Shown piece after piece: positions 60,599-64,000 of a DNA stretch of 64,000 bases; position 1 is the first letter of the stretch; every line of letters begins with the position of its first letter. Below the pieces are notes generated by a model. That model did not search any database, had not been told where the DNA came from, and was given only the letters and a program-made list of their open reading frames with translations. The stretch is from Candidatus Woesearchaeota archaeon (GTDB lineage Archaea; Nanobdellota; Nanobdellia; Woesearchaeales; JAZDKJ01). Made by a program: the position numbers and the translations under genes. The DNA is taken from the NCBI GenBank assembly GCA_043803105.1, contig JAZDKJ010000008.1:32001-96000 (forward strand). The letters are read 5' to 3'.

Positions 60599-61555
60599 GT
60601 GGAACAAAATAAGGTGCCTGTTCTCTTTGTTGTTTCATGTTTGCTCACATTGAGTCTCTTAAATGGTTGTGCTCGGCAGTCAACACAAGCGGAATCTACC
60701 GATAAGCAACTAGAGATTTCAACACATGATGAAATAGGATCAGTGCAACCTTCAGAATTTTCACCTTCGAATATTCGTCTCTTTGGCGCAACAAGTGAGG
60801 GTGAATCTATACGGTTCTTTTTCTTGCTTGAAGATAATCAGGGAACAAACACGCTTGGAGAAGGGACTGTAAGATTAGTAGTTTCTGATGACATGAACGA
60901 GTCGTTGTATGACCAAGAATTTAAAGTGAACCCGAGCGAGTTCGTTGATTACCAATTTCAAATGACTGGGCAACCTGTAGGGAAAGCTTTTGAATGGAGA
61001 GTCCGGAAATCAGACATAAAGAAAGGAGTTTCATTTATTGGTCTGGGAACAGCAGTCCTGACTTTTGAAACCCTAGATGGAAAAACGTTGAAAGCCACGC
61101 CTCAACCTGTTGAAATACCAGCTTATTCCGATGAAGAGTTGAGCCAAATGGCAGAGGATGATTATGATAAGACAGCAGTCACCATAGGCCAAAAGCTAAC
61201 CAAGAGTAGTTTTGAAATAAATGTCACAAAAGCGGGCTTCTATTCTACTATTGAGATGGGTCAAAAAGAAAAATACTTTCGTATTGACATGGAAATAAAG
61301 AATGTTGCTCGTAGCAGTCAATACTTCAGTCCAAGCAAAATGGCGTTAATTGATTCGCAAGGTAATCAGTATGATATTTCCTATAGGAGCACACTAAAAG
61401 GATTTTCAACAATGTACCCGGATGTTGTTAAGAAGGGGTTTATATTGTTTGAGAATGTACCGGCTGATATGACTTCAGCCAAGTTGGTTTTTGAACTTGG
61501 GATGGACATACATTACCAACCAAATTTACTTGAATACACGATGAAATTGAAATGA
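60599..61555 (+). CDS. Lipoprotein with C-terminal DUF4352-like Ig domain
   Basis: LNGC lipobox; LIDSQGNQY...G.I.F..VP...KLVF. Confidence 0.7.
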   Translation: MEQNKVPVLFVVSCLLTLSLLNGCARQSTQAESTDKQLEISTHDEIGSVQPSEFSPSNIRLFGATSEGESIRFFFLLEDNQGTNTLGEGTVRLVVSDDMNESLYDQEFKVNPSEFVDYQFQMTGQPVGKAFEWRVRKSDIKKGVSFIGLGTAVLTFETLDGKTLKATPQPVEIPAYSDEELSQMAEDDYDKTAVTIGQKLTKSSFEINVTKAGFYSTIEMGQKEKYFRIDMEIKNVARSSQYFSPSKMALIDSQGNQYDISYRSTLKGFSTMYPDVVKKGFILFENVPADMTSAKLVFELGMDIHYQPNLLEYTMKLK

Positions 61556-61582
61556 GACTGAAAAAATTTCTGGGGGATTGAA

Positions 61583-62038
61583 ATGAATGCAATAAACGTG
61601 ATTTCGGTGATTCTGGCTGTTGGGGTATTATTTTTAATGTCAGGCTGTTCAGCTGGTGACCGTATCAGCGGCGTAATTACCCTTCAAAACAGGACAGTGT
61701 ACTCTAATCAACAGATATCAATTCAAGTTGACCTGTCTTACAATGATGCATTAAAGAGAGATGAAATTCAAGAATATAGTATTAATGTGTTAGTAAACGG
61801 GAATCATCTATGGATTCAAAAAAACGGTCAGACCATTGGAAGAGACAACGCAGAAGTTATTTCATTTGGAAAAGGTCGTACCAATCATGTACTAAATTAT
61901 ACAATACAGGCGACAACAGTTTCGGGAAACGAATACGTTGAGACGGTTGTTGTGTTTATTTCAACTATAAAGGGAGTTGTCAAGACACTTACAAGCGAAT
62001 TTATTACTATTAAAGCACCGCCCGTTGGGAGAGGGTAG
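61583..62038 (+). CDS. Hypothetical lipoprotein
   Basis: MSGC lipobox; beta-rich. Confidence 0.65.
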   Translation: MNAINVISVILAVGVLFLMSGCSAGDRISGVITLQNRTVYSNQQISIQVDLSYNDALKRDEIQEYSINVLVNGNHLWIQKNGQTIGRDNAEVISFGKGRTNHVLNYTIQATTVSGNEYVETVVVFISTIKGVVKTLTSEFITIKAPPVGRG

Positions 62039-62045
62039 ATAGTAA

Positions 62046-62630
62046 ATGGACCCTTTTCTGGCGGCGTGTTTTAGCCTATTAAAAGAGACAGTTGGCTTCT
62101 TTAAATTGAATAAATGGATTTCTGGCTTCTTAGCGGCGTGTTTATTATTTTTCTGGGTATTAGCCTCAAGTAATTTCTTTGATTATAATCATATAACTTT
62201 CGTTTCTCACGGAAAACCCATAGTCAGAAATTTAACTGAACCGCTCAAGCTAGGACTTATTGAGGAACCTAACGGTGAAAGAATCTACAAGTATGAAATC
62301 TCTTTTGGCAATTATTCTTCACCCTGTATCGAAAATACGGAAATAAAGATTAATGCTGACGAGCAAGCACTTCAAAGATTTTTACAAAAATGGTGTCAAG
62401 GAGACCTTTTACCAATTGAACTCAATGAGTATACGATTAAACTAAAGCAAGTTTCTGAACGGGACAACCAGTTGTCATATGAATTGGATACAAAGACGAA
62501 GTGGTCTTGGCGATGGTTTTTTGTCTTGATTGGTTCGATTTTCTTGATAGCTCTTATTTATAAAGTGATAGAACCAAAGATAAGCGATGAAAAGAAAAAA
62601 GGTGAGGGTGGCACCAGCATCAAGATGTAG
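62046..62630 (+). CDS. Hypothetical 2-TM protein
   Basis: N- and C-terminal TM helices. Confidence 0.65.
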   Translation: MDPFLAACFSLLKETVGFFKLNKWISGFLAACLLFFWVLASSNFFDYNHITFVSHGKPIVRNLTEPLKLGLIEEPNGERIYKYEISFGNYSSPCIENTEIKINADEQALQRFLQKWCQGDLLPIELNEYTIKLKQVSERDNQLSYELDTKTKWSWRWFFVLIGSIFLIALIYKVIEPKISDEKKKGEGGTSIKM

Positions 62631-62726
62631 ATTTGTCAAGAAGTTCTTTTTTTCATCATTAAGCAAAAGATTTATATATATTATATATTTATACTATATT
62701 ATAAGTTTATAGGATTGTGATTTGAA

Positions 62727-63017
62727 ATGCAGCTAATAATCAAGAGAGCAAAAAATGAAGTACTACACTACCCAAGGCTTGACACCATACTTAAGGTGGA
62801 GAATATCCTTAGGCATGCTGCTGGTCCGGTATCAAAGAATGAGATAGACAGGAGAATAGGCAAAACAATCATGAGGCCAACACTAAACGTTATACTGGAT
62901 TATTTGGACAACAGTGGCAAAATTGCGACATTAAAAGAAGGGATAATCTGGATTTACAAAGAGGATATTAGCGGAAGGCTCAAGGAAAAACTTAGAAAGG
63001 GAATTACAGTGATGTAA
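62727..63017 (+). CDS. Winged-helix protein, putative antitoxin
   Basis: HYPRLDTIL.VE..L...TLNVILDYL..SGKI; directly upstream of a RelE-like gene, after a very AT-rich promoter. Confidence 0.65.
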   Translation: MQLIIKRAKNEVLHYPRLDTILKVENILRHAAGPVSKNEIDRRIGKTIMRPTLNVILDYLDNSGKIATLKEGIIWIYKEDISGRLKEKLRKGITVM

Positions 63018-63018
63018 T

Positions 63019-63387
63019 ATGGACAAGGAAGTGATCATAAGATTTGATGAAGACGCATTCAAGGAGTATAAGGAATTACAAGACCTTGTTGCGAAGGAGA
63101 TATCCTCTACCAAGAAGCCAACCTATTCACAACTCCTTTCTTCAATAAATATTGCCCTGAGAAACATCAAGGCTAACCCTCGATACGGAGACTTGATACC
63201 GCGAAAATACATTTCAAAAGGTGTGGTCCAGAGATACGGAACTGACAAGATTCTAAGAGTGGAACTTGTAGGTTATTGGAGACTTCTTTACACCCTGATT
63301 GGCGATGAAGCACAGGTAATAGCTTTTATTCTTGAGTACATGGACCACGACAAGTACAACAAGGTATTTGCATACAAGAAGAGGTAA
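63019..63387 (+). CDS. RelE/ParE-like toxin
   Basis: NP.YGD.I...LRVEL..YWRLLYT...ILEYMDH..Y.K.F.Y. Confidence 0.7.
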   Translation: MDKEVIIRFDEDAFKEYKELQDLVAKEISSTKKPTYSQLLSSINIALRNIKANPRYGDLIPRKYISKGVVQRYGTDKILRVELVGYWRLLYTLIGDEAQVIAFILEYMDHDKYNKVFAYKKR

Positions 63388-63441
63388 GTTTCAACAGTTC
63401 TCAAAGCAAAATATTAAATATTGACCATAGAACTAAGGGTC

Positions 63442-64000
63442 ATGCAGAAAAGAGTTTCAATCGTGAAATGCGAAAGCTATAACGAATGCGAGGCAGCCAT
63501 TGACAGAAGCGTAAGACTAATCGGCGGGTGGAAGAGGTTTGTCAAAAAGAACGACCAAGTGCTGATAAAACCGAACATGCTTGTGGGAAAGGGGCCGGAG
63601 CATGCAGTCACAACTCATCCTGCAATGATCGAAGCAATAATAAAGAAAGTGCAGGAGCAAGGCGCAGAAGTAATTGTTGGGGACAGCTCAGCATCAAGGA
63701 ATTTTTCTCAGGTCGCAGACAAGACACAATTAGGGCAAATGTGCAAAAGGCTAGGAGTGAGGCTGATTGAATTGGAGAAGCCTGTATGGATTGATTCTAA
63801 CGGAACACTAGTCAAGAAATTCCCCATCAGCAATACTGTAATGAAGGCAGACCTTGTAATCAATGTGCCAAAGCTCAAGACGCACATTTTTACTGCATAC
63901 ACAGGCGCTGTAAAAAACCTTTTTGGAACCTTGCCAGGGCACCTGAAATCGCACTTCCACTTAAAGTACATGGACAAGACCAAATTCAGCGAGATGCTGC
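63442..64000 (+). CDS. DUF362-domain (Fe-S) protein, 3' truncated by window edge
   Basis: Hand translation MQKRVSIVKCESY...VLIKPN...AVTTHP...INVPKLKTH...TGAVKNLFG. Confidence 0.88.
   Translation, partial: MQKRVSIVKCESYNECEAAIDRSVRLIGGWKRFVKKNDQVLIKPNMLVGKGPEHAVTTHPAMIEAIIKKVQEQGAEVIVGDSSASRNFSQVADKTQLGQMCKRLGVRLIELEKPVWIDSNGTLVKKFPISNTVMKADLVINVPKLKTHIFTAYTGAVKNLFGTLPGHLKSHFHLKYMDKTKFSEML

Noticed and set aside
60463-63428. 9-bp inverted repeat ATGGTCAAT/ATTGACCAT as ends of a second transposon
   Set aside because: Short enough to arise by chance, with no target duplication and no transposase.
1-64000. Genome-wide UGA reassignment
   Set aside because: Many well-conserved genes end at TGA at the expected length (e.g. 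rps8e, rpl10e, signal peptidase).

Overview
Archaeal chromosomal DNA, most consistent with a DPANN (Woesearchaeota-like) genome. This assignment is inferred from gene content: S8e, L37e, L10e/uL16, aEF-1beta, TFS, Trm1, RtcA, an Sm protein, a truncated NMD3, GGTGA-type Shine-Dalgarno sites and many lineage-type hypotheticals. The main items are as follows. (1) A ~19 kb minus-strand, tightly coupled gene cluster (13030-32241) is built from a duplicated module of class-III-signal (pilin-like) protein, giant Ig/Cys-rich secreted protein and multipass membrane protein. It surrounds a membrane-anchored lytic-transglycosylase-like protein and is interrupted by a HEPN-MNT pair. This is the best candidate for an undescribed host/prey-contact apparatus. 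(2) A 4.39 kb cargo transposon (48089-52477) has 24-bp TG...CA terminal inverted repeats, a 9-bp target duplication, an IS6-like DDE transposase and seven membrane-protein passenger genes. (3) A ~470 bp non-coding region of nested inverted repeats lies at 41836-42308. (4) A tRNA-Leu(UAG) carries two introns. (5) An ApbE/ferric-reductase operon has no canonical flavinylation motif but encodes a protein ending in TRAS. (6) There are three codon anomalies: UGA at a zinc-ligand Cys of TFS, a probable ACG start for GT3 glycogen synthase, and a probable CTG start. (7) A glycogen metabolism cluster is present. All product calls come from motif recognition by eye; no database searches were run.
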